Shown: positions 33,698 to 42,617 of the stretch, in pieces
Numbering within the stretch: the stretch's first letter is position 1
Layout of the letters: each line of letters starts with the position of its first letter
Assembly (NCBI GenBank): GCA_037481815.1
Contig: JBBFKX010000002.1
Coordinates: forward strand, 192,001 to 256,000
DNA from: a candidate division WOR-3 bacterium
Lineage (GTDB): Bacteria > Hydrothermota > 32-111
Direction of reading: 5' to 3'
DNA: 64,000 bases
Notes under the pieces: generated by a model
Told to the model about the DNA's origin: nothing
Seen by the model: only the letters and a program-made list of their open reading frames with translations
Database searches by the model: none
Position numbers and translations under genes: made by a program

Positions 33698-34212
33698 AAC
33701 CTCTCCTTTTTTAAATTTTTTAAAAATATTCTTTCACCAATAAAGAACTCCTTTGCGATATCACTTTTATAATCAGGATAAGTCCAGTCAAGATACTTTA
33801 TTCCGTCTTTCGTGAAAATGAATGTAACCTCACAATAGATCCCTTCTCCAAGGTATATCCTGTGGGAATAATTTTTTGTCGTCAGAAGTTGAACATTGTT
33901 TAAAGTTATAACACCTGGATCTATATTTATCTTTCTTTTACCATCAATTCTGAATCTGTTTTCTATATCTATTGAAATCTTTTTCTTTTCAAAAAATGAC
34001 TCAAGTCCTATAGGTTCATCAAAAGATATCCATTCACGGATAACATGTTCTCCTATCTCATCATCATAATAATGGGAAAAATCTGAAAACTCCAGGGTTT
34101 TCGAAAAATTTTTTATTTCTCCAAAAGCATCCCTTATATCTGATAACGCTTTATACCTTATACTCGTATCACTGTAAAGTAAACCACAGAAAAGAATATT
34201 GTTTTCCATCAA
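33694..34212 (-). CDS. DUF4416 family protein
   Basis: YYDDEIG, RKINIDPG, TTKNYSHRIYL..GIY.E, WTYPDY. Confidence 0.85.
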   Translation of the reverse strand: MMENNILFCGLLYSDTSIRYKALSDIRDAFGEIKNFSKTLEFSDFSHYYDDEIGEHVIREWISFDEPIGLESFFEKKKISIDIENRFRIDGKRKINIDPGVITLNNVQLLTTKNYSHRIYLGEGIYCEVTFIFTKDGIKYLDWTYPDYKSDIAKEFFIGERIFLKNLKKERL

Positions 34213-34991
34213 TACAACTTTTTTAAAATGTCAAAAAGAAAAAATACGATAAAGGAAGACAATGAAAGAAAAGGAACAAACGGAATCTCTGGATCAGATC
34301 TTTTTCTATAATAAAAAAAGTAAGCAATAAGTCCTAAAACTCCCGCTATTATAAAAACATAAAAAATCAAAGGATAACCGATAAAAAGACCTATAAAAGA
34401 TGAAACATAAATATCTCCTTCTCCCATCCCTTCCTTTTTCATGACTTTTGAAGCAAGAAATCTCACGACAAAAATAAATAAACCACCAACAAAACCTCCA
34501 ATTATCGATTCTTTGAAATCGAGAAACGGCAGTTTGAAAACTTCACTCTCACCTGTAACACTCAAAAGAAAGATTGAAACATATAATAAATAGATTATCA
34601 CAGGTATAACAAAAACAGGAACGAATACATTTTTTGTTTTTAGATCTATGAACGAACTTACAAGAAGTGTTGAAAAGAGCACGATGTAAACTATCGATAA
34701 AAGGTTGAATCCAACCTTTATGAAAATTAAAAGGAAGATCAGACCAGTAAGAAGTTCAACTATTGGATAAATTATGCTTATCTTTGTCTTACAATGCCTG
34801 CATTTCCCTTTGAGTATTATATATGAAAAAAGCGGTATATTGTCGTACCATTTTATACTCGTTTTACAAACAGGACAAAATGATGACGGTAGCACTATAG
34901 ATCTTTTTTCTGGAATTCTGTAGATCAGAACATTGAAAAAAGAACCAAAAACAAGACCGAATATGAAAACCATAATATAGTAAAATATCAT
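34209..34991 (-). CDS. pilD: Prepilin peptidase / N-methyltransferase
   Basis: GSFFNV.IYR.P, two CxxC pairs, FIDL, MGEGD, IPFVPFL. Confidence 0.93.
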   Translation of the reverse strand: MIFYYIMVFIFGLVFGSFFNVLIYRIPEKRSIVLPSSFCPVCKTSIKWYDNIPLFSYIILKGKCRHCKTKISIIYPIVELLTGLIFLLIFIKVGFNLLSIVYIVLFSTLLVSSFIDLKTKNVFVPVFVIPVIIYLLYVSIFLLSVTGESEVFKLPFLDFKESIIGGFVGGLFIFVVRFLASKVMKKEGMGEGDIYVSSFIGLFIGYPLIFYVFIIAGVLGLIAYFFYYRKRSDPEIPFVPFLSLSSFIVFFLFDILKKLY

Positions 34992-35770
34992 TCTTTCTCC
35001 CTTACTATGACTGTATCTTCAAAAATTTTCACTGCAATTCCAAAAGGTAAAAAATCAAGTTTTTTCATTTCACCTTTCAGGTAAACATAGATATTTTCCT
35101 TATTCTCTTTTAAAACTCTGTTGAAGTGTTCCATCAACAGTACTATTATATTATATTTTGCTCCATCTTTCTGATACCTGTTATCGGTGTTGTTGTAGAT
35201 TTCACTCCATAATTTAACTGCTGTGATATAATCACCTTCCTTCTTTTTAGAAGCGGCTGCAAATGTTTTACAAAAATATGGTGCATCCTTTTTAGTTGAA
35301 CTGAAAAGAAACCATCTGTACGCTTTTTCATAATCTTTCAGATAGATGTAATACAAAAAACCTTTAACAAAAGGACTTTCCCATCTTTCAGGTAAATTTA
35401 TCATCCCTTTATCAAGAAGTTTAAATCCAAGATCTGGTCTTTTCTGATCATAGGTTACAACGGTTCCACCAAAAGTATAACATTGTAAAAAATTCGAATC
35501 AAGATCTGTTATCACATCAAAAAGTTTATATAAAAATTGAAGATTTTTATCTGTCAACATATGTTGACCATAATATTGAACCGTCTGAAACCACATCAGA
35601 TTCGTGAAAGTTGTTTTATAATCAAGGGATATATCTTTTATAAATTTTCCCGAAGGGAAATACAAAAGTTCATTTTCAAATTTTTTCTTATTTTCAGGTA
35701 AATTTTGAAGAATGTTTGCAAAAAATGTTATGAGCAAAAAGAGAAGAAAAATTTTAAAAAATACTCTCAT
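34988..35770 (-). CDS. Pilus accessory protein (PilG of Myxococcus / Xap-like, TPR-like)
   Basis: N-terminal TM, W....QYYG, TDLD..F, LL.KG....P..W; lies next to a pilin-linked ABC module. Confidence 0.55.
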   Translation of the reverse strand: MRVFFKIFLLFLLITFFANILQNLPENKKKFENELLYFPSGKFIKDISLDYKTTFTNLMWFQTVQYYGQHMLTDKNLQFLYKLFDVITDLDSNFLQCYTFGGTVVTYDQKRPDLGFKLLDKGMINLPERWESPFVKGFLYYIYLKDYEKAYRWFLFSSTKKDAPYFCKTFAAASKKKEGDYITAVKLWSEIYNNTDNRYQKDGAKYNIIVLLMEHFNRVLKENKENIYVYLKGEMKKLDFLPFGIAVKIFEDTVIVREKE

Positions 35771-36537
35771 AGAAATTCTTTTTTTCTAAAAATTAAAGTT
35801 GAAGCATATAAGAGTAAACATGTATAGATAAAAGTATAGGTGACTGAAAATATGATAAAATTCAACGATACAGGTATATTGTTAACTGCATAAACTTTGA
35901 TATCAAGGTAGTAAAAGTTTGGAATAACAAGCATTATAAATTTGAGAAAAGTTTTTAGGATAAAAGTTGGCGCTTTCTGGATCAAATATGATAAGTTGTT
36001 TACAAAGAAACCAGCGATATAAGTAAAAAATGTGAATATAGAAGAAAGAACAGGTGTTGAGAATGTTGAATAGAATATCGCAATCGCTGAAAGAAGAATC
36101 GATTGCAGGAATATGTTGATTATTGAATAAAGAAGAGTGATGTTAAAAGTGATCTTATTTATCAAAAGAATAAATATAAAAAACACAGATGTGATAAAAG
36201 TGAAACAAAAAATTATCGAAAACAGTCCAAAGAATTTTCCTAAAACTATTTCATCCCGTGAAACAGGTTTTGTTATAAGAATAAATATCGTTTTCTTTTC
36301 GATTTCCTGAAATATCAACCTTGTTCCAGAAAAAAAGATTATGAACAATGAAAAGAGAGAGATCGTTGAAAGACCACTATCTTTAACAAGTCGATTCAAT
36401 TCACCCAGCGCTAAAGGATTTAAGGTTAACGAAAGAATTATGACAAGGAAAGATAATGAAAGGGAAAAAATTATTATTCGATGTCTTACCGATTCTTTAA
36501 AAACTATCGTTGATATAGAAAATATGTTTTTCATCAT
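35767..36537 (-). CDS. ABC transporter permease (PilI-like)
   Basis: 6 TM; EIEKKTI..L.TKPVSR..IVLGKF. Confidence 0.8.
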   Translation of the reverse strand: MMKNIFSISTIVFKESVRHRIIIFSLSLSFLVIILSLTLNPLALGELNRLVKDSGLSTISLFSLFIIFFSGTRLIFQEIEKKTIFILITKPVSRDEIVLGKFFGLFSIIFCFTFITSVFFIFILLINKITFNITLLYSIINIFLQSILLSAIAIFYSTFSTPVLSSIFTFFTYIAGFFVNNLSYLIQKAPTFILKTFLKFIMLVIPNFYYLDIKVYAVNNIPVSLNFIIFSVTYTFIYTCLLLYASTLIFRKKEFL

Positions 36538-37460
36538 CTCTCCATAAGTTTCATAAAATAATCTTCAAGAGAAAACTCTCTTGGAATAAAGGAAACTATT
36601 TTACCACCATTTTCATTTACAATCTTCACAATTTCTGAAGCAACATCTTCTTTTTCAATTGTGATAAAAACTTTTTTTTCATGAATAGAGAAAAATTTAG
36701 AGATCTCTTTAAACTTTTTAATTTTTTCAAGAATTTTTTCGTTTGAAAATATTTCAATATCGATCTCTTTGATTTCCCGCTTTATGATCTCATGAACATA
36801 ACCTGTTCCAACTATCTCTCCTTTGTTGATCACACAAACTTTGTCGGCGATCATTTCAATATCGGGGAGAATGTGCGTAGAAAATATGACTGTCTTGCCT
36901 CTTTTTTTCGCTGTCAGTATTATATCTTTAATATCTTTTCTTCCTATAGGATCAAGTCCTGACATCGGTTCATCGAGTATCAGAAGTTGTGGATCGTTTA
37001 TCAGAGCAACAGCAATTCCAAGACGCTGAACCATACCTTTTGAAAAAGTTCCAACTTTTGAATTCATGCTATTTTCAAGTCCAACAAGTGAAATCAAAGT
37101 TTTAATCCTGTCAGATAAAATCTGTTTTTTAATGTTAAACAATGTACCAATATGTTCAAGTGTCTCATACGCAGTTAAAAAAGGATAGAATGATGGATTT
37201 TCAGGCAGAAATCCAATCTTTTCTCTGACACTTTTTTCAAAAATGTTTTTTCCAAATATTGAAACTGTTCCTTCTGTTGGTTTTAAAATTCCCATGATGA
37301 TTTTTAAAGTTGTTGACTTCCCCGCACCGTTTGGACCAAGAAATCCAAAAATTTCATTATCAAGAACATCAAAACTGATACCTTTTAAAGCAAGAAAAGT
37401 TTTGAATGGGAACTGTGTTTTATAAATCTTTTTTACATTTGAAATTTCTAAAATTTTCAT
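36534..37460 (-). CDS. ABC transporter ATPase (PilH-like)
   Basis: GPNGAGKST, FSKGM, LILDEP, STH; directly downstream of the pilin. Confidence 0.88.
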   Translation of the reverse strand: MKILEISNVKKIYKTQFPFKTFLALKGISFDVLDNEIFGFLGPNGAGKSTTLKIIMGILKPTEGTVSIFGKNIFEKSVREKIGFLPENPSFYPFLTAYETLEHIGTLFNIKKQILSDRIKTLISLVGLENSMNSKVGTFSKGMVQRLGIAVALINDPQLLILDEPMSGLDPIGRKDIKDIILTAKKRGKTVIFSTHILPDIEMIADKVCVINKGEIVGTGYVHEIIKREIKEIDIEIFSNEKILEKIKKFKEISKFFSIHEKKVFITIEKEDVASEIVKIVNENGGKIVSFIPREFSLEDYFMKLMER

Positions 37461-37467
37461 ATTTTTT

Positions 37468-37476
37468 ATTATAGCA
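37468..37476 (-). promoter_or_regulatory. Extended -10 promoter (probably leaderless) for the ABC-pilD genes
   Basis: TGCTATAAT-N7-ATG just after the pilin terminator; no SD. Confidence 0.55.
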
Positions 37477-37504
37477 AAAAAAAGGGGCTTTGAAAAGCCC
37501 CTTT
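37476..37504 (-). terminator. Intrinsic terminator after the major pilin gene
   Basis: AAAGGGGCTT-TTCA-AAGCCCC-T8 on the minus strand. Confidence 0.9.
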
Positions 37505-37527
37505 ATACAAAGTTAAAAAATTAATTT

Positions 37528-37950
37528 TTACTCTGTTGTTCCAGGTGTTAAAATAAGATCAACCAAAGTATCTTTTCCAAAACCTGTTATCTTGTAATCC
37601 TGTCCTGCTGCTGCTCCACCATCAGGGTTTGGTGTTTCATAACCAACAATACCCTGTGCATTAGCTTCAGCTAACCAAACATATGCTCCCCCATCACCTA
37701 CTGCCTGTGTATATGGATTTTTGAAGTTCTGTGGGAGGTAACTTGCTGTAACATCTGTCTGTGGATAAACACCACCTGAATCTACAGAAATTGTCTCAAT
37801 TGCAACCTGGAAAGTGTGCATGTTTGCTTTGACTGAAGATATTTTTGCTTTGTCAATGATCTGAACAAAGTTTGGTATCGCTATTGCAGCAAGAATACCA
37901 ATGATGACCACGACGATCATGAGTTCGATAAGTGTAAAACCTTTTTTCAT
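37528..37950 (-). CDS. pilA: Type IVa pilin (probable major pilin)
   Basis: MKKG|FTLIELMIVVVIIGILAAIAIPNF; strong AGGAGG SD and its own terminator. Confidence 0.9.
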   Translation of the reverse strand: MKKGFTLIELMIVVVIIGILAAIAIPNFVQIIDKAKISSVKANMHTFQVAIETISVDSGGVYPQTDVTASYLPQNFKNPYTQAVGDGGAYVWLAEANAQGIVGYETPNPDGGAAAGQDYKITGFGKDTLVDLILTPGTTE

Positions 37951-37984
37951 TTTTCCTCCTTGTTTTAGGTTTACTTATCTTGTA

Positions 37985-38001
37985 AACAAATTTTATACCA
38001 A
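37985..38001 (-). promoter_or_regulatory. Putative sigma54 (-24/-12) promoter of pilin 1
   Basis: TTGGTATAAAATTTGTT = GG-N10-GT (one mismatch to GC); PilR encoded nearby. Confidence 0.6.
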
Positions 38002-38050
38002 ATCTAACTTTCAATTTTTTATTGATTTATTAAAAACTCAAAGAACAAAA

Positions 38051-38069
38051 CTTTTGCATTTTGCAAAAA
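38051..38069. repeat. Palindromic motif copy 1 (candidate PilR enhancer)
   Basis: CTTTTGCATTTTGCAAAAA, identical to 38550..38568. Confidence 0.75.
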
Positions 38070-38471
38070 TCAAAAAAGATGTGTAGCTGGTGTCAATTCA
38101 AGTAAAGTTGAATCGGTATCTTTCCCATAACCAGTAATTCTATAAAAATCAAAAGAACCTTCATATTCAACAACACCTTCAATATTAGTTTCCTCCGCAT
38201 TCTGTATCGCAGGTGAAAGATTACTGTAAGGATTTTTGAAATTCTGTGGTAAAGCATCAACAAAACCTTCAATGTTTGGGAAATATTCAAGATATGTTTT
38301 TTCTGCTGCCTTTGTCTCAACTGTCATCTGAGTTGTATGCATATTTGATACTACACTTGCTGCCTTTGCCCTGTCAACTAGTTTATAAAAATTGGGGATT
38401 GCAATCGCTGTTAATATACCTATTATTACAACAACGATCATCAGTTCAATAAGCGTAAAACCTTTTTTCAT
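38070..38471 (-). CDS. Second type IV pilin (paralog of 37528..37950)
   Basis: MKKG|FTLIELMIVVVIIGILTAIAIPNF; shares LPQNFKNPY and ITG(F/Y)GKDT with pilin 1. Confidence 0.88.
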   Translation of the reverse strand: MKKGFTLIELMIVVVIIGILTAIAIPNFYKLVDRAKAASVVSNMHTTQMTVETKAAEKTYLEYFPNIEGFVDALPQNFKNPYSNLSPAIQNAEETNIEGVVEYEGSFDFYRITGYGKDTDSTLLELTPATHLF

Positions 38472-38483
38472 ACAAAAAATATA

Positions 38484-38500
38484 AGCAAAAAATATTCCAA
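38484..38500 (-). promoter_or_regulatory. Putative sigma54 promoter of pilin 2
   Basis: TTGGAATATTTTTTGCT = GG-N10-GC. Confidence 0.7.
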
Positions 38501-38549
38501 AGATAAGTTATTATTTTTTAATATTTAAATAAAATTCGAAAAGATTTTC

Positions 38550-38568
38550 CTTTTGCATTTTGCAAAAA
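38550..38568. repeat. Palindromic motif copy 2 (candidate PilR enhancer)
   Basis: CTTTTGCATTTTGCAAAAA, same distance from the GG as copy 1. Confidence 0.75.
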
Positions 38569-38617
38569 AGTAAAAAATTTTTCTTTCTTTTTTTTCTTTT
38601 AATGTTATAATTTGTTT

Positions 38618-39733
38618 ATGAAAAAAATTTTACTCATGACATTTTCTAATATAAAATCGGATTCCAGAGTTTTAAGATACATTAAATCTTTCGATGAAAC
38701 TTACACTGTTTATCTTATCGGTAATGGAGATTTTTTGCCTGAAAACAAAAATCTTATCTATATCAACATAAATTATAAATCAAGAAGGAAAAACAAGTCG
38801 ATTTTTGAGTTTTTGTATTACAATTTCTATTTGAAATTTAAAGCATTTGTACTTATAAAACTCATCAAGCCAGATTTTATACATTCAAACGATTTTGAAA
38901 CATTTCTTCCATCATATCTTGCATTTTTGAATAAAAAAAATAAACTGATATATGATTCACATGAGATCTGGTGTGAAAGAGCAGGTGTAAAGAAGAATAT
39001 TATTATAAAAATTCTCAATTATTTTGAATATTTGCTTGAAAAATCTTTTACAAAAAAGATCAGGTATTTTATTACAGTTTCTGATTCGATCAAACTTTAT
39101 TTTGAAAAAAGATATAAAATCAAAAATCTTTATGTTATCAGAAATGTCCCAACTTTTTTTGATAACAACGAGATTGAAAAAAATATTCTTGATTCTGTTA
39201 AAGATGAGAAAAGGTTGAAATTTGTTTATATCGGTCCATTATCTTATGAACGGAATATTCCTTTTTTGATAGGTATCTTTAAAGATTTTGAAAACGATTT
39301 TCATTTAACTTTAATCGGGAAAAATTTTTTAAAATTACCAGATTACCAAAATATAAAAATTTTTGATAACATAGATGAAAATAAAGTAATTCCAACTTTA
39401 AAGTTTTTCGATATCGGTGTTCATCCTTTAAAACTTGATAACCTAAATCATAAATTTTCTTTACCGAACAAAATTTTTCAATATATGGCATCATCCCTTG
39501 CATTGTTCGTTTATGAAAATCCCGAAACTTTAAAAATTATAGAAAAATATAAAAATGGTTTCACTGCCGATTTTTCAGATCATAAAAATGTTGCTGAAAG
39601 ATTGAAACTCTTCCAGAAGACAGACATCAAAAGAATGAAGGAAAATTCATATAGAGGTTTTTTAGAAGAGTACAACTGGGATAACGAAAAAAAGGTTTAC
39701 CAGAAGATACTTAAAAAAATTACAAATCTTTAA
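38618..39733 (+). CDS. Glycosyltransferase family 4 (GT-B)
   Basis: DSRV.R, IHSND, IYDSHE, ITVS, PNKIFQYMA; ATG 38618 is 6 nt after TGTTATAAT. Confidence 0.85.
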   Translation: MKKILLMTFSNIKSDSRVLRYIKSFDETYTVYLIGNGDFLPENKNLIYININYKSRRKNKSIFEFLYYNFYLKFKAFVLIKLIKPDFIHSNDFETFLPSYLAFLNKKNKLIYDSHEIWCERAGVKKNIIIKILNYFEYLLEKSFTKKIRYFITVSDSIKLYFEKRYKIKNLYVIRNVPTFFDNNEIEKNILDSVKDEKRLKFVYIGPLSYERNIPFLIGIFKDFENDFHLTLIGKNFLKLPDYQNIKIFDNIDENKVIPTLKFFDIGVHPLKLDNLNHKFSLPNKIFQYMASSLALFVYENPETLKIIEKYKNGFTADFSDHKNVAERLKLFQKTDIKRMKENSYRGFLEEYNWDNEKKVYQKILKKITNL

Positions 39734-41072
39734 TATTGTAATATCTGATTTTTCTATAAAGAGTTGATAGATTTATTCCAAGTGCCACACTTGCCTGTTT
39801 TTTATCGTAGTTAAAATATTTTAAAGTATCCTCAATAAGTTTTTTTTCAACATCTTCGATTTTCTGTGGAACAAAAACTGCCTGATCGGTTTGAACTTTT
39901 AAACTCGAAAGTAGTGGAATATCCGATTTTTTTATTTCAAAATTATCTTTTATCACTATTATCCTTTCAACTATATTCATAAGTTCTCTTACATTACCAG
40001 GCCAGGAATATTCGGTTAAAACATTATAAACTTCCGGGTCAACCTTTTTTATAGTTTTGCCCATCTTTTTTGAATAGTAGTCAACATAGTAATCAAAAAT
40101 CTTTGGAATATCTTTCTTCCTTTCTCTTAAAGGCGGAAGATCTATCCTTACAACATTCAACCTGTAAAAAAGATCCAATCTGAATCTATTATTTTTTACT
40201 TCTTCATCTATATTTTTATTGGTTGCTGATATTATTCTGACATCAACAGGTATCGGTTCTGTTGAACCAACTGGAACAACCTCTTTTTCCTGTAAAACTC
40301 TCAGAAGTTTTGCCTGAAGAACAAAGTCCATCTCAGATATCTCGTCTAGAAAAAGTGTTCCCATATCAGCGACCTTGATTAGTCCATCCTTATTCGTGTA
40401 TGCACCTGTAAAAGCACCTTTTTTGTAACCGAAAAGTTCACTTTCTATAAGATTCGGATTCAATGCAGCACAGTTGAAAGAAACAAAGTTTTTGTCTCTT
40501 CTTTTTGAGTTGTTGTGTATCATCCTTGCGATCAACTCTTTTCCTGTTCCACTCTCTCCAGTTATCAGAACCGTTGAGTCAGTTTTTGAAATATCGTTTA
40601 AGTTCTTTAAAATAATTTTGATCTTTTCATCCTCTCCAATAAAATCTGATGGTATTTGAAAATTTTCCCTTTCTTTAAGATAGATGTAGTTTAACTTCTC
40701 ATCCCTATTCTTCAAAGCCCTATCCACAATCTCGACAAGATAATCAGAATCCTCAACCTTTTCGAGAAAATCGAAAGCACCATTTCTGAGAGCATCGAGC
40801 AAAAGTTCCTGTGTTTTTCCAAATGCGGTTATAAGGATAACATTGACGATTGGATCTATCTCCCTTAGCCGTTTTAAAAGTTCTATTCCCGACATCTCTT
40901 TCATCTTTATATCAGATATCACAAGATCGATGTTCTCGTTTTTGAATTTTTCCAAAGCATCCTCGGGGCTTGTTGTAAATGTGGTTTTGTATCCCAAATT
41001 TTTTAGTTTGTAATCAAGAACTTTACATCTGTTCAGATCATCATCAACTATAAGAATATGATACTTATTCAA
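39720..41072 (-). CDS. pilR: sigma54-dependent response regulator (PilR)
   Basis: REC, GESGTGKE, GAFTGA, WPGNVREL, Fis HTH; paired with pilS in the pil locus. Confidence 0.85.
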   Translation of the reverse strand: MNKYHILIVDDDLNRCKVLDYKLKNLGYKTTFTTSPEDALEKFKNENIDLVISDIKMKEMSGIELLKRLREIDPIVNVILITAFGKTQELLLDALRNGAFDFLEKVEDSDYLVEIVDRALKNRDEKLNYIYLKERENFQIPSDFIGEDEKIKIILKNLNDISKTDSTVLITGESGTGKELIARMIHNNSKRRDKNFVSFNCAALNPNLIESELFGYKKGAFTGAYTNKDGLIKVADMGTLFLDEISEMDFVLQAKLLRVLQEKEVVPVGSTEPIPVDVRIISATNKNIDEEVKNNRFRLDLFYRLNVVRIDLPPLRERKKDIPKIFDYYVDYYSKKMGKTIKKVDPEVYNVLTEYSWPGNVRELMNIVERIIVIKDNFEIKKSDIPLLSSLKVQTDQAVFVPQKIEDVEKKLIEDTLKYFNYDKKQASVALGINLSTLYRKIRYYNIKDL

Positions 41073-42606
41073 TGTTCCTCCTGAATTTCAAAGTAAATTC
41101 AGTATAACCTTTTTCGCTTTTAAAATCAATCTCTCCTGAATGTTCATCTTTCACGATCTTGTAAACTATCGAAAGTCCAAGTCCAGTTCCTTTCGTCTTG
41201 TTCGTTGTAAAAGGTTGAAATATTTTTGCTTTTAAATCTTGATCAATACCTTTTCCATTATCGATGAACTTTAAAACATCGTATCCATTTTCCCGCTCAT
41301 ACACAACCTTCACAACACCATTTTCAAGACCATCTATTGCATCAAAACTGTTATCAAGAAGGTTTATAAAAACCTGTTTAAGACCTGTTCTTTCAGCAAA
41401 AATCATAGCATTTTCAAAATTTTCAAATCTTACCTTTTTATATTTTTCATCACACAGAAAAAGTTCTCCTAAAAACTCCTTTAAATTTATAAGTGTTGGT
41501 TCGATTTTTCTTACTCGAGCATATTCAAGAAACTGGTTCACAAGTAAGTTCAACCTTTCGACCTCTTCGAAAAGAATGTTGAACATCGGATGAGACCTGT
41601 ATTCATCTTTTAGTTCCCCAAGAAGAATCCTGGCACTCTCTTTTATGTTCGAAACAGGATTTCTTATCTCATGTGCAAGTGATGCTGAAAGTTGTCCAAT
41701 CGTTTCAAGTTTGTCCTTTATTCTCAACCTTCTCTCATATTCGACTATATCGGTTATGTCGTTGATGAAAATCATTATAAATGTTTCACCACTCTTCTCG
41801 TTGTAAATTTTATCGACCTGCAACTGGTAAGTTTTATTTTCTCTTGTAAAATTTTTTCTCTCTCCCTTCTGAACAAGATCAAAAATCTCCTGATCAACAT
41901 TTTTAAACTCGATATTTGAAGATATGTTTTTAAAAAGTTCTCTACTTTTTTTGTTGAAATCTGTTATTAAATAATTCTTATCAAGAAGGATTATCGTGTA
42001 CGGTATATGATCTAAAAGGTCTTTCAACTTCGCCGAATATTTAAAAAGTTCAATCTTCCTTGCCTGTAACCTTTCAGAAAGAAAACCACTCACTGCAGCC
42101 ACAAGAAAGAAGGAAAGAATATAGATATACACTCTTATGATTAACTCTTCAAGATTGACCTGTGGCTGTGGTAAAGGTCGATAGGGTGATATTATAAAAC
42201 CAAAATACTCTCCAAATACAAAAAATGAATATGCAAAGGTTGATAGTATCGCAGTTAAAAAACTACCTTTCGCGAAAATAAAAAAACTTGCTGCGATGAT
42301 GTTTACAAAATATAAAATTTCAAAAAAATTGTTCGATCCGCCAGTAAAATAAACTATACCAACGATCAGAAGGTTATCATAGATTATCTGAACATAATTG
42401 TAGAAAGTATAAAATTTTTTTGTTCTGAGTAAAATCAAAATAAAAACACTGAAAAGGATAGTTAAAATCAGTATCGAAAAATGTGGAATAAGATTGAATT
42501 TCATTCCCCTTAAACGGGAAAATATCCCAAGTAGAGGAAGTGTCAATACTATGAAAAACCTTATAAGGATATACCAGAAATATTTTTTGTCTATATCTTT
42601 AAACAT
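41065..42606 (-). CDS. pilS: Membrane sensor histidine kinase (PilS)
   Basis: 6 TM with QIIYD..TGG, PAS, AHEIRNP, GTGLGL; follows pilC. Confidence 0.85.
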   Translation of the reverse strand: MFKDIDKKYFWYILIRFFIVLTLPLLGIFSRLRGMKFNLIPHFSILILTILFSVFILILLRTKKFYTFYNYVQIIYDNLLIVGIVYFTGGSNNFFEILYFVNIIAASFFIFAKGSFLTAILSTFAYSFFVFGEYFGFIISPYRPLPQPQVNLEELIIRVYIYILSFFLVAAVSGFLSERLQARKIELFKYSAKLKDLLDHIPYTIILLDKNYLITDFNKKSRELFKNISSNIEFKNVDQEIFDLVQKGERKNFTRENKTYQLQVDKIYNEKSGETFIMIFINDITDIVEYERRLRIKDKLETIGQLSASLAHEIRNPVSNIKESARILLGELKDEYRSHPMFNILFEEVERLNLLVNQFLEYARVRKIEPTLINLKEFLGELFLCDEKYKKVRFENFENAMIFAERTGLKQVFINLLDNSFDAIDGLENGVVKVVYERENGYDVLKFIDNGKGIDQDLKAKIFQPFTTNKTKGTGLGLSIVYKIVKDEHSGEIDFKSEKGYTEFTLKFRRNIE

Positions 42607-42617
42607 TCAATACTATA

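Noticed and set aside
37528..38471. Conductive e-pili
   Set aside because: The pilins are full length (about 130 aa), not truncated; aromatic content alone is weak evidence and no cytochromes are present here
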